64,000 bases of DNA from a virus. The stretch covers positions 5,279 to 69,278 of the IMG/VR virus record IMGVR_UViG_3300010413_000096; one strand, given 5' to 3'. Of the stretch, positions 1-9,011 are shown one piece after another (position 1 is the stretch's first letter; every line of letters starts with the position of its first letter). A program made the position numbers and the translations under genes. Under the pieces are notes generated by a model. The model had not been told where the DNA came from and did not search any database. It worked only from the letters and a program-made list of their open reading frames with translations.

Positions 1-138
1 GGGGCCTTCAGTGGACCCGCTACGCTGCACGCTGAAGGTGTAGGAGCCGCTCTCCGTGGGGTTATCCAGGTCCCATTGGATGAAGACACGCTTTGGAAAA
101 AGCGGCGTGACCTTCGTGATGTGGATTCCCAGCGCCAT
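1..138 (-). CDS. virion protein, partial (3' end runs off window), FN3-like N-terminus
   Basis: ATG at 138 overlaps the TGA of the upstream gene (TGATG); translated by hand as MALGIHITKVTPLFPKRVFIQWDLDNPTESGSYTFSVQRSGSTEGP, open to base 1; beta-rich FN3-like pattern. Confidence 0.6.
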   Translation of the reverse strand, partial: MALGIHITKVTPLFPKRVFIQWDLDNPTESGSYTFSVQRSGSTEGP

Positions 139-404
139 CAGAGTCCGGTTCTCGAGTCGATGTCAGGAAGTACGCCGAGCTGCACGCGTCGGTCGTGCTC
201 GTTCCAGAGGTCTTGTGTGCTGCCCGGCGTGTAGTCCACCTTGTCCGCAGGACGGCCATCCGGACCATTCGTGGCAGGGTCGCCTACTTCGCGATGAACC
301 TGGAACGTCTGGTCTTCAGGTCGCTCGAGAGACGCGCCGACCTTTGCGAGTGCCGCCAGGCACCCGAGCTTGTAGAAGTAACTAGCTGTAGCGCCGTCCG
401 ACAT
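138..404 (-). CDS. small putative head-associated protein carrying the FYKLG..AL..VG motif
   Basis: ORF 138..437, start chosen at MSDGATAS (404); motif shared with other head-region proteins. Confidence 0.55.
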   Translation of the reverse strand: MSDGATASYFYKLGCLAALAKVGASLERPEDQTFQVHREVGDPATNGPDGRPADKVDYTPGSTQDLWNEHDRRVQLGVLPDIDSRTGL

Positions 405-879
405 AGCGATATCCTGACCCGATGGTTCCGTAACCACCTTCCATGTTCTGTTGGTTCTTGATGTCTCGCGCCATGGGCAACCACTCGGCGCGGAGTGCTT
501 GTGCGAGTGCCTGGTACGCCTGGGCCTTTTCGTAGATGCCTGTGGGAGCGATGTCTCCGTCTTGCACGCTGATTTGGTTTCGGAGTTGATGAAACGTTTC
601 GCTCATCATGAGGAAACGCGCAGTGCCCAGAAGCAGCAAGTACTCGTTGGGAAAATCGCTGCCATCATGCAGGAAACTGCTCACCGGAGTCAGGCCGTTG
701 AACGCGGACACCGCCATCTTCACAGCAAAGGTCAGTTCATTCGGGCCGAACTGCACGTCGTCCAGAATGATGTTGCCTTGGCCGCCGGGGAGGTGACCGA
801 GCGCGTAGTCCCGCAAGAACATACGGATTTCAGTCTCCGTTACGACTGCGGGGGTTGTTGGGGTTCCGACTACCGGCAT
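382..879 (-). CDS. putative head-tail adaptor/neck protein
   Basis: 165 aa, helical, N-terminal TETEIRMFLRD typical of adaptor-like proteins; located in the structural operon. Confidence 0.5.
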   Translation of the reverse strand: MPVVGTPTTPAVVTETEIRMFLRDYALGHLPGGQGNIILDDVQFGPNELTFAVKMAVSAFNGLTPVSSFLHDGSDFPNEYLLLLGTARFLMMSETFHQLRNQISVQDGDIAPTGIYEKAQAYQALAQALRAEWLPMARDIKNQQNMEGGYGTIGSGYRYVGRRYS

Positions 880-894
880 GCTTTACTCCGTAAA

Positions 895-1380
895 TCAGTG
901 ACGCGCCTGGTCCGACCGGATGTAGATGCGGACCCAGGGTTTGCCCGTGGCCGCAGCACACGTGATTTTCACCTTCTCACCAGGCATGACATCCATGCGA
1001 GGAGACAGTTCGATTTTCTTGCCGGTGCCCGCACCCAGTTGGAACTCGCCAGCGGAAGTTACCACACCCGCTGTCCACGCCACATCGGCCGTGCCGAGGT
1101 ACGCGTAGATGTGTTCGAGAACCGTGGGTTGCTTGTGGTCCAACGAGAACAGACCGCCACCATCCGCTTCGTCCAGCGTACCTTCCGGAGTAGTCGGTCC
1201 TGGATTCTTCATGCGGATGATGCCGTCGTCAGTGTTCACGAAGGGGACGAAGTCCTGTTCGCCGGCTGGTTCGGACGACAGGGCTGGAACCACACCAGCT
1301 AGTGCCGTGCCTGCGGCGAACTTCTGTTCGATGGCTCGGCAAATTTGTTCGTCATCGAGGACGGTTTGTCTGATTTCCAT
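895..1380 (-). CDS. hypothetical virion structural protein
   Basis: 161 aa, RBS GGAG, co-oriented within operon, beta-rich C-terminus. Confidence 0.6.
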   Translation of the reverse strand: MEIRQTVLDDEQICRAIEQKFAAGTALAGVVPALSSEPAGEQDFVPFVNTDDGIIRMKNPGPTTPEGTLDEADGGGLFSLDHKQPTVLEHIYAYLGTADVAWTAGVVTSAGEFQLGAGTGKKIELSPRMDVMPGEKVKITCAAATGKPWVRIYIRSDQARH

Positions 1381-1389
1381 GGCACTCTC

Positions 1390-1956
1390 CTATGGGACGA
1401 CGACTTCTTCGGTATCCGGTCCGAAGGCTCCGGGTTTGTAGAACTGTACGGTGTACGTGAAACCCGCTTCCACGGTCACCGGATTGACCCATTCTCCGTT
1501 CGCATCTGTCGTCGTCACACCGACCACGGACGTGAAGTTCTCGAGGTCGTAGTCGGCTTTCTTGTAGACGCGTACCTGTGCTCCCTCGATGGGTGTACCG
1601 TCCGGGTCTTTGTACTGCAACTGGTTCTCGACACCGTAGTCCTCGTTCAACACAACCGTGTTGGGGAACGGGGGAGGTGTCGTGGATTCTGAAGGTTGAA
1701 ACGGGTTGCCCCAACCACTGACGTTGCCATCAGTGTCTTCCGCACGGATGCTGTACCAGTGCGTCAGCGACCCGGTGACATCGTCGTAGAAGAAACGATT
1801 GGTCGCTGAATCGTAGTTCGGTCCCAGCAAGTCGTGCGCTATGGAGACGAGGTCTGCCCAGGTACCTGGTTGGCCGTTGTCGTCGGGTGCACGACGAACG
1901 TCGTACTCCTTCATGTCCGCTTCGGTGTTAGGCAACCAGGTAATTTTGACGCTCAT
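1390..1956 (-). CDS. FN3 plus transthyretin/carboxypeptidase-regulatory-like beta-sandwich virion protein
   Basis: VKITWLPNTEADMKEYDVRR...WYSIRAEDTDGNVSGW (FN3) then GTPIEGAQVRVY...TTTDANGEW. Confidence 0.65.
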   Translation of the reverse strand: MSVKITWLPNTEADMKEYDVRRAPDDNGQPGTWADLVSIAHDLLGPNYDSATNRFFYDDVTGSLTHWYSIRAEDTDGNVSGWGNPFQPSESTTPPPFPNTVVLNEDYGVENQLQYKDPDGTPIEGAQVRVYKKADYDLENFTSVVGVTTTDANGEWVNPVTVEAGFTYTVQFYKPGAFGPDTEEVVVP

Positions 1957-2279
1957 GTCTCATGTCCTTCGGGGCACTTCGGCACGGCCGGAGCTTCGGT
2001 GCCTGTCTCTTCACTCGCCTCCGTACCTTTGGGTACTTCTGGTGGGTTAATTGTAGGGTCATAACCCGTAGTTCCACAAGGTACAGATGGAACGGACGGG
2101 CCAGAAGCTTCCGCACGCGTCGGAACAGCCGGTGGTGTTAGCGCAGGGTCCTCTGCGGTAGCACCACACGGAGGAACCGGTGCGGTACCCGCAACTGCTT
2201 GGGCACCGTCGGGTGCGCGGAGTCCTCCGATGTTGCAACAATCCTGGAGCATGCCGTCCGTGATGAGAGATACGCTCAT
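1953..2279 (-). CDS. Pro/Ala-rich low-complexity small protein
   Basis: ATGA overlaps at both ends; repeated PxVPxC/G units. Confidence 0.55.
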   Translation of the reverse strand: MSVSLITDGMLQDCCNIGGLRAPDGAQAVAGTAPVPPCGATAEDPALTPPAVPTRAEASGPSVPSVPCGTTGYDPTINPPEVPKGTEASEETGTEAPAVPKCPEGHET

Positions 2280-3904
2280 GAATCACGTACAGACCGTGCA
2301 GTGCGCGCTTTGCACGGTTCCCCAGGTGTTTCTGTCGAAGTGAAGGAGTACGTAGCGAATTCGCCTTCGCCTGAGCCTCCGTCCGTCGCAGCGAGGGCAG
2401 CGGCTTTCGTACGAAACAACCGAATCCGACCGGAGAGCATCAGACCTTGTGTGTTGTAGGTCATCTGGTCAATGAAGTAGTTCTCCTTTTGCAGCGCTAC
2501 GATGCGTTGTACGGCGTCACCGAATGACCCCGCCAAGGTATGGTCCGCTTGCATCGCGTTCCAGACTGCGTTGGCGATGATGGTTGGCGAGATGGCAGAA
2601 GATTCCCAGGACCCGCTGCCGTGGACTCCTGAGAGCACGAGGTCTACGGCTGCGGGCAAGGCGTCGAGCTGGTCGCTGAGGTCCTTGAGGTCGTCGGCAT
2701 CGGTTCCACGAATGCTGGCTTCGGCCGCGTCCAGTTCCGCTTTGGTGGGCGGGTCATAATCAATGAGCGCTTGGTCCGCCTGTGCTTTGACCTCGGGCAC
2801 GGTCGCGTGTTCTTGCACTTCAGCGCCGAAGGTACCTGGTGTGGTATGCGCGACTTTCGCTTCTTCCCACACTTGACCTGCGATAGCCCCCGGCGTTGCG
2901 CCTTCCCAGCTTCCACTTCCGTGTGCGGCAGCGAGACGCGCAGCAACCTCATCGACGATTTCATCACGTCCCGACGTTGCGATTTTGGCGGCCGTGATAG
3001 CGTCGTCGACGAGGTTCATCTCTGCGCCCGGTGCTGCACGGGTGCTGATGGGCATGTCGACTTTGGGCTGCATGTCGGCGGTGTCTGCCAGAATCTCCTG
3101 AACCTGACCGCCACCACCAGGGGTATCCTTGGTGCCGGTGATGCCCAGGACGGCACGAATCTCCTCACGCTCATCTGTGGACCAGTCGCTGGCAGTTCCA
3201 TCCCAAGCACCGGCTCCGTGGGTTCCTGAAAGTTGGGCGTCAATCTGGGCGGCTGTGGGTTTCCCGTCGAGTTGGTCAGAGAGTGTTTTGAGCGTGTCAC
3301 CATCCGCTCCGCGAATGGCAAGTTCGGCTGCGTCAAGTTCCGCCTTGGTGGGCGGGTCATACGCGTTGAGCGCGGCCGTGGCAGCCGCTTGTGCTTCAGC
3401 CTGCGTGGCGTGTGTTTGTACTTCCGCCCCGAAAGAGCCAACGATGTTGTGTCCGCCTTTCTGCTCGTCCCAGACCGCGTCTGCGATGAGCGTTGGTGTC
3501 ACGATGGTTGGGTCGACGTGTAGCTCGTAGCCCGTCGGAAGGCCTGCGGCGTCAGTGCCTCCGATTTGGACGATGGTGATGTCATAGACGTCGCCACTTC
3601 CAGGGTTTGTGATGGCAGCGGTATCGAACCCCTTGGTGTGGGCCGGTGCTGCCGTTCTGTTGAGTCGATATATCCCTGGACTGTACGTGGCTGATACTTC
3701 CTCGAGCACCTGGTGCATTTGCACGACAGAGCCCGGAGCTTTGAAGGTGGCGTCGTTCCAATCGAAGTACAGGTCATCTGCGTGCCGTCGAACGCGCACG
3801 TAGACGTCAGTGAGGCCGGTGAGGAGCTGGTCAGCTTCGTCAAAGACCTGCACCTCAATGGGCTCCTTGGCCCCCGGCTTGATGTACTTCGAGCCGCCCT
3901 TCAT
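2276..3904 (-). CDS. repeat-containing virion fibre/appendage protein
   Basis: 542 aa; two ~70-aa repeats containing YDPPTKAELDAAE..IRG.D.D.LK.LSDQLD, three VW.E/A...H...GSFG units and three HG.G.W units. Confidence 0.65.
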   Translation of the reverse strand: MKGGSKYIKPGAKEPIEVQVFDEADQLLTGLTDVYVRVRRHADDLYFDWNDATFKAPGSVVQMHQVLEEVSATYSPGIYRLNRTAAPAHTKGFDTAAITNPGSGDVYDITIVQIGGTDAAGLPTGYELHVDPTIVTPTLIADAVWDEQKGGHNIVGSFGAEVQTHATQAEAQAAATAALNAYDPPTKAELDAAELAIRGADGDTLKTLSDQLDGKPTAAQIDAQLSGTHGAGAWDGTASDWSTDEREEIRAVLGITGTKDTPGGGGQVQEILADTADMQPKVDMPISTRAAPGAEMNLVDDAITAAKIATSGRDEIVDEVAARLAAAHGSGSWEGATPGAIAGQVWEEAKVAHTTPGTFGAEVQEHATVPEVKAQADQALIDYDPPTKAELDAAEASIRGTDADDLKDLSDQLDALPAAVDLVLSGVHGSGSWESSAISPTIIANAVWNAMQADHTLAGSFGDAVQRIVALQKENYFIDQMTYNTQGLMLSGRIRLFRTKAAALAATDGGSGEGEFATYSFTSTETPGEPCKARTARSVRDS

Positions 3905-3905
3905 C

Positions 3906-4259
3906 TTAGCCCTTCGTGCTCTTCAACCGCGCTGCGATGGCCGGGAAATGGCCCGAGGTGACGCGGCGTTTGTGCTCGGCCACGCGGTCCCCAGCGGTGT
4001 TCAAGCGTCGGTGCAGGTTTCCGGTGATAAGGTTGACCAAAGACATTTTGGCTTTGAGCCTACGTGTCTGGTTGGTCGCCATCACTACCCCGAGGAGTTC
4101 GCGTGCTTCCTCGATTTCTGCTGGCAGCAGGGCTCGTTTGGCGAGCATGAGGTCCAACACGGCCTCGACCTGCTTCGATTGAATTTGCTCTGCATCGTTC
4201 GGAGTCACCAACCCCGTGTCGATGAGAAGCTGTACAATGTCGCCGTCATCGTGACTCAT
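3906..4259 (-). CDS. hypothetical helical protein
   Basis: start at MSHDDGD (4259) preceded by AGGAG; 117 aa. Confidence 0.6.
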   Translation of the reverse strand: MSHDDGDIVQLLIDTGLVTPNDAEQIQSKQVEAVLDLMLAKRALLPAEIEEARELLGVVMATNQTRRLKAKMSLVNLITGNLHRRLNTAGDRVAEHKRRVTSGHFPAIAARLKSTKG

Positions 4260-4620
4260 CGTCGTCTCCTGTGGGCAGCTTGAAGCGCCCAGTGACTTCA
4301 CGTCGTCCTTCTTCGCGTGCTTTTTCCAGCCGATTCTCTTCAACGTACTGTTGAAAGTAGCGCAGAACTTCGGCGCTGTGTTTGCGGCACGCGGAGAGGT
4401 CCGTCTTCGCGTGTGTTTCGACCGCTTCAAGAGTAGTCGCAAGGTCTTCCAGGGCTACCGTGAGCTTGGTCTTTGCCGCTGTGTCAGCGACCTGGTGGTC
4501 CAGATAGCTTTTCGCGTATTCTTGGTTGATTTTTCGCTCTTTGAAATAGAGATAAAAACCGATACCCGCCAGAATACCGAACACACCGTTCTTGAGAAGT
4601 AGAGCGACTACCGGGTCCAT
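4246..4620 (-). CDS. holin-like membrane protein (one N-terminal TM plus coiled coil)
   Basis: MDPVVALLLKNGVFGILAGIGFYLYF hydrophobic helix followed by a charged coiled coil (BhlA/UviB-like architecture). Confidence 0.5.
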   Translation of the reverse strand: MDPVVALLLKNGVFGILAGIGFYLYFKERKINQEYAKSYLDHQVADTAAKTKLTVALEDLATTLEAVETHAKTDLSACRKHSAEVLRYFQQYVEENRLEKAREEGRREVTGRFKLPTGDDDESR

Positions 4621-4621
4621 T

Positions 4622-5095
4622 TCATCTCCTCAATTTGCGCTCTACTTCGGCGAGTTGTTTTTGAACTCCTGACAGAAGTTCTTTCATCTCTTGAAGCTGG
4701 CGGAAGTGCACGGTAGCGTAGCGTAACGCGTGCTTGATGGTACGTTCGTTGATGTCGAGGTTCTTGTTGAGAAAGCCAGCCGCTCCTGCGTCGTCTGCGG
4801 CCCATTCGATGTCTTCGTCGGACATTGTGGTCATGACGAAGATGGGCGAAGTGCAGCCACCTGCGATGGCGCGTTGTACGAGGTCAAGGGCTCCAACGTT
4901 GGAACCAGGAATGATTTGGTCGAGGATGAAGACATCGTGGGAGTTTCGTACGAGCGCACGAAGCACGTCACTGAAGTCACTCATCGATTCGACGTGGTAG
5001 CGACGACTGGTACCCGGCGCTGTCTGAAGCAGCCCCGCGATGTCGTCCACCATTTCGGTGTCGTCGCTTACCACTAACACGTGCGTCGTCTCCAT
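4622..5095 (-). CDS. response-regulator receiver (CheY-like) domain protein with C-terminal coiled coil
   Basis: HVLVVSDD acidic pocket, DVFILDQ phosphoacceptor Asp, PIFVMTT, GAAGFLNK conserved Lys. Confidence 0.85.
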   Translation of the reverse strand: METTHVLVVSDDTEMVDDIAGLLQTAPGTSRRYHVESMSDFSDVLRALVRNSHDVFILDQIIPGSNVGALDLVQRAIAGGCTSPIFVMTTMSDEDIEWAADDAGAAGFLNKNLDINERTIKHALRYATVHFRQLQEMKELLSGVQKQLAEVERKLRR

Positions 5096-5111
5096 GGAAC
5101 CGCCTGTATAA

Positions 5112-5777
5112 TCATGGTGTTAGGCCCTCAACATTCTTCCAGTGTACCCCACCGTACCGGTTCAGCACGCTGGGGAGGGCGTAGACTAATTTAAGCTCGG
5201 TCGGCCACTGAAAGCAACGCACCATTAGGCGTTTTGGACTCGTTGTTTCTGGGTCAAAGTGCTCAGCTACGTGGTAGCCCGCGTGACCCAGCATTCGAAT
5301 TACGCCTTCAGAGCACATCAACTTCACCGGGTCCTGGAACTTGCCTTTGATAGACCGACCGCACAAACGCCAAACACCTGCAAGCGCGGCTGCGCGGTAG
5401 TCGTATTTGGAGCCCAAGTACTGTTCCAGCATGGCGTGCACGGCGTTGCTGGCATCAGGGCCGACAAGCTCGAACTCAGCGACGAGAATGTTTTGCTTAT
5501 CCCACCTCCATCGCGGTCGCGCCTCGTAGCCGAACCACTCGGCTTGGGCGACCATGCGTTGTGTTTGTCTGACACCTACGACTTGTTGGTTGAAGCAGAA
5601 CCAGGCGTGTGAACACGGCGACCGTGTGACCCAGCGAATCGCCTTTGACATGAGTTTGTTCGTCGTGGAGAAACCAACGGTGATGCGTTGTTCCGCGCGC
5701 ACAGGTAGTGGCGGCGGACCATGGCTGACCGTTGTACGAACACCTTCATGAGGCGGTCTGCAAGCATCTACGGTCAC
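5112..5777 (-). CDS. permuted papain-like (NlpC/P60, YiiX/YebB-type) amidase
   Basis: SKAIRWVTRSPCSHAW (His), LGSKYDY, LMCSE (Cys after His), TSPKRL. Confidence 0.7.
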   Translation of the reverse strand: MTVDACRPPHEGVRTTVSHGPPPLPVRAEQRITVGFSTTNKLMSKAIRWVTRSPCSHAWFCFNQQVVGVRQTQRMVAQAEWFGYEARPRWRWDKQNILVAEFELVGPDASNAVHAMLEQYLGSKYDYRAAALAGVWRLCGRSIKGKFQDPVKLMCSEGVIRMLGHAGYHVAEHFDPETTSPKRLMVRCFQWPTELKLVYALPSVLNRYGGVHWKNVEGLTP

Positions 5778-6070
5778 TTCTTCTTGCGTCCTTTCGACCA
5801 GCGACCAACGAGTGCACCGATGAGCCAGCCCACGCCGTTGGCTAGAGGGTCGATGACCCAGGCGTTGATGGGGCTCTCAAGCACGACCCAGGTTTCGGGG
5901 TAGTGGCGTTGGAGAAAGTGTTCTGGGACTTCCCAGGCGTAGGAACACGCCAGCCAGAGAAGGACGTGTACCCACCAACGGGGTTCCCACTTCGCGTGGA
6001 TAGACGACGCCACCCAGATGAACAGGCCGACGTGTGGAAGTATCCACCAATCTAGGATAGGGCTCATCAT
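5774..6070 (-). CDS. small multi-TM membrane protein
   Basis: three hydrophobic segments, Trp-rich, WE motif, basic C-terminus KGRKKK. Confidence 0.6.
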   Translation of the reverse strand: MMSPILDWWILPHVGLFIWVASSIHAKWEPRWWVHVLLWLACSYAWEVPEHFLQRHYPETWVVLESPINAWVIDPLANGVGWLIGALVGRWSKGRKKK

Positions 6071-6891
6071 TCGTCCATGCTGGTGCAGTAGAACGTCGCA
6101 GTTGCGCGTTCTCCGCCGAATTCGGTGTCGTTCTCAAGCCAGATGCGAATCTCGAGCCCCAGCGAGTAGAACAACTCCTTGAGTTGAAGGTATTTGAACG
6201 GGAAGACCAGGTGCGGTTGACTCAGCCCGCGCGTGCTGCCTCCGAAAGCGGGAACCTGCGGATAGGTGCCACGTGCTTCGTCGACGAAATCACCGGCCGT
6301 TTTGTAGGTCGTCTTCTCGGTGACGGGCACCTTGTTGGGCAGGTCTGCGGGGTTGTAGGCCCACGCCTGAAAGTGGATGGTGTCCTTGATGTCGATGTCC
6401 GAAGAGAACTGTACTTCGCTCTCTTCGACCCACAACCGCTTGCCCTCCAGCGGGGCGATGGTGAAGAGACTACCATTCTCATGACTGAAGTCCGCTGTGA
6501 CAGCACCACTCGGTGCGGCGGCAAGCGTAACCTTGCCGTTCTCGTAGTCGACGGTGTAGTCGCCGCCCGAGGTTGCGAAGGGCTCACGTGGGGTCAACTC
6601 GACACCATCGTCGTAGACCTTTACCAGGTAATCTGCGGAGACCAGGTCTTCGCGATAGAGACGACCGTGGGTGAGGTCAATCCAGTTGGCGAAGCCACTC
6701 TCATACGTCGTGCCGCTATCGAGAGTGAGCGCTTGTCCTGTTTTGCGCGTCGAGCCCTGGTACCAGGTGCATTTGTCGCACCAGTTGTACGTGACGATGA
6801 CTACACCGGAGCCATCCTTGCGGGGCTCGAGCGCTTCGCGGAGACGTCCCTCAGAATCCAGGTTCGGTTTCTTTCGAAAATCTTTGGTCAT
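6067..6891 (-). CDS. virion structural protein
   Basis: 274 aa beta-rich; DYTVDYENGKVTLAAAPSGAVTADF motif common in tail/baseplate proteins. Confidence 0.6.
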   Translation of the reverse strand: MTKDFRKKPNLDSEGRLREALEPRKDGSGVVIVTYNWCDKCTWYQGSTRKTGQALTLDSGTTYESGFANWIDLTHGRLYREDLVSADYLVKVYDDGVELTPREPFATSGGDYTVDYENGKVTLAAAPSGAVTADFSHENGSLFTIAPLEGKRLWVEESEVQFSSDIDIKDTIHFQAWAYNPADLPNKVPVTEKTTYKTAGDFVDEARGTYPQVPAFGGSTRGLSQPHLVFPFKYLQLKELFYSLGLEIRIWLENDTEFGGERATATFYCTSMDE

Positions 6892-7874
6892 GAAAGCGCC
6901 TCATTGCGACCGTATTGAAGAAAGGCGCGCATGTTGGTGAGCGTTGTGAGGTCGTCACGCACCACGAACTCGAGCCCGTCGTCTTCGGTGAGGATGATGG
7001 ACGCGATGTTTGGCGTGAGGTTGAAGACCATCATCATCTCATCGTCGGCGAAGGTCACAGGGTCAGCAGGAACCAACTGTCCGAAGAGGTCCATGTTGTC
7101 CTTCATTGTGACGGACCAGATGACCTCTTGGGTCGAGAGTTTACCCTGCCGCAAGATGAGACCGAGTTCGAGCCCTCCGGCGATATCAGCGAACGCCGAG
7201 CTATTCCATCCGGTGACATCCGAAGCGACGAGGAGCGTGATGCGCGCGACGTACCGCTCTTCTCCGGCGACACCTACTACGCGGTAACGGTAGGGTCCGT
7301 CCTCAGAAGAGTTCAACAAGTCGATGTCGTCGAAGTAGAACCGCTGACCACTGGTTTGTTTCGCCTGGAAGATGAAGCGACCAACGGGGGTTGTTCCGAG
7401 ATTGAAGTCGATGAGCGGGATGCTCACGCGTTGCCAGACGTCAAGGTCGTTGTTGGCGATGTAGTCCGATACCTTGACCGAGTTACCCACTAGGGTCATG
7501 CCGCCTGACGCAGCCCACGCACACCGAAGAACAGAGCCCTCGGGGTACGCCTGTGGGTTAATCCAGAAGCTGATAGAATCGAAAGGCACACCGCCGAGAT
7601 TCCGGTTGCTACCGTAGTCGAACCACCAAACGTCATTGACGGAAGTGACGCCTGTGTCGAGGCCGTTGGTGCCCGAATGCGCGGCTGCGGTTGTTTCGGA
7701 GCCTACACCACCCCGCGTCCAGTCGCTGCCTGTGTCTCCTGCACCAGTGCCGTCCCAAACGTCTTCAGCGATGGTCGAGCGGCCATCGACGGCCATCTGT
7801 TCGATGCCGTCAGGTACTCGAACGAACTTGTCGAGCCCGAGAGCAAAGTTTGGCGGTAGAATCCTGGTTGGCAC
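6888..7874 (-). CDS. virion protein with carbohydrate-binding-module-like jelly-roll
   Basis: AAHSGTNGL...SISFWI...WQRVSIPLIDF...FYFDDIDL pattern. Confidence 0.55.
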   Translation of the reverse strand: MPTRILPPNFALGLDKFVRVPDGIEQMAVDGRSTIAEDVWDGTGAGDTGSDWTRGGVGSETTAAAHSGTNGLDTGVTSVNDVWWFDYGSNRNLGGVPFDSISFWINPQAYPEGSVLRCAWAASGGMTLVGNSVKVSDYIANNDLDVWQRVSIPLIDFNLGTTPVGRFIFQAKQTSGQRFYFDDIDLLNSSEDGPYRYRVVGVAGEERYVARITLLVASDVTGWNSSAFADIAGGLELGLILRQGKLSTQEVIWSVTMKDNMDLFGQLVPADPVTFADDEMMMVFNLTPNIASIILTEDDGLEFVVRDDLTTLTNMRAFLQYGRNEALS

Positions 7875-7883
7875 TTGGTCCTC

Positions 7884-9011
7884 CTACACGTTCGTCAACA
7901 GGTTGCCCTTGACGAAGCATTCGAAGTAGAGCCCTGCTGCGTCAATGTCATCGCGCACAGTGACTCGTACGAGGTCACCGGTACCTGCGAATAGTTTGAC
8001 ACCACCGCCAATCAGATACGCACTCGTCATGACGTCTTTGTTTGAAACAATCCACTCCCATCCCGCCGGGCTGGCGAAGTTGATGAAGTGTTCGTTAATC
8101 CGCATGTTGAATACGGTGATGGTGTTGCCGTCGGAGATAATTTCTACGAGCAGACCGTTGGTCAGAGGTCCTGCCGTAGCGCCGAAGTACCCATTGCCGA
8201 AGGTGATTCCGTTTGCCACCATCGTGAATCGAACTTCTTGAAGGGAGACATCGTAAGTGCTATCGGCCAGGTACGTGAACACGACGGGTGTCACACTGCC
8301 GTCGACTAGCAGTGAAGAGGCCGTGCCGTTTTTGACGTAGTCGTTTTTGATTGAAGCTGAAACCGCACCGAAGGCGACAGGGTCACCATCGGGCGTGTAG
8401 ATGGTGGCTTTGAGACGCCCTTGTCCGGCAACCGTGTCGATGGCTTCGAGATGCACCAAATCGTCGCTGTCGTTGCCCACGGCGACCTTGGAGTCGGTTT
8501 GCAGACGGTAAAGCGTGTCGTCCAGCACGACACCGATGGCGTTGCCAGCGGAGTTGTAGAGAACGCCTTTCAGCTCACCTCCGGTCTCGGTTTGGAGGAT
8601 GCGTGCAACACCTGCGGCATCTTCGCCAGTGACTAGAAACGCTTTGTTGCTGGCAGGGATGGTCACGTTGGGCGTGACCGGAATCGGATTGCCGCTGGCA
8701 TCGTACAATACGATGGGCCAGCCGTCCGCAGCCGCTGCCTTGGTTCCTTGGGCGACTTTGCCGATTTCGTTGGTACCGGCAGGTAGTTGGTCCGTTATTT
8801 TTTTGATGCCGTCGGTGTCTTTGATGCTGTCGAGCGTCGCTAGGACGTTCTTCAGACGGTCTTGAAGCGTGTTTGCGGTGGGTGTCGCAGAGATTTCACC
8901 GATACGGTCACGAACGGCCTGTACGACGGCGTCGGTCGCGGGGTCGATGAGCGTGCCGCCGGAGTCGTAGACTTTGAAGCCATCGTTGTCTACTTCGATA
9001 ACAAAAATCAT
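7884..9011 (-). CDS. virion fibre-like structural protein
   Basis: start MIFVIEV at 9011 gives ATGA coupling; repeated LYDxxGN units; LPAGTNEIGKV fibre motif. Confidence 0.6.
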   Translation of the reverse strand: MIFVIEVDNDGFKVYDSGGTLIDPATDAVVQAVRDRIGEISATPTANTLQDRLKNVLATLDSIKDTDGIKKITDQLPAGTNEIGKVAQGTKAAAADGWPIVLYDASGNPIPVTPNVTIPASNKAFLVTGEDAAGVARILQTETGGELKGVLYNSAGNAIGVVLDDTLYRLQTDSKVAVGNDSDDLVHLEAIDTVAGQGRLKATIYTPDGDPVAFGAVSASIKNDYVKNGTASSLLVDGSVTPVVFTYLADSTYDVSLQEVRFTMVANGITFGNGYFGATAGPLTNGLLVEIISDGNTITVFNMRINEHFINFASPAGWEWIVSNKDVMTSAYLIGGGVKLFAGTGDLVRVTVRDDIDAAGLYFECFVKGNLLTNV

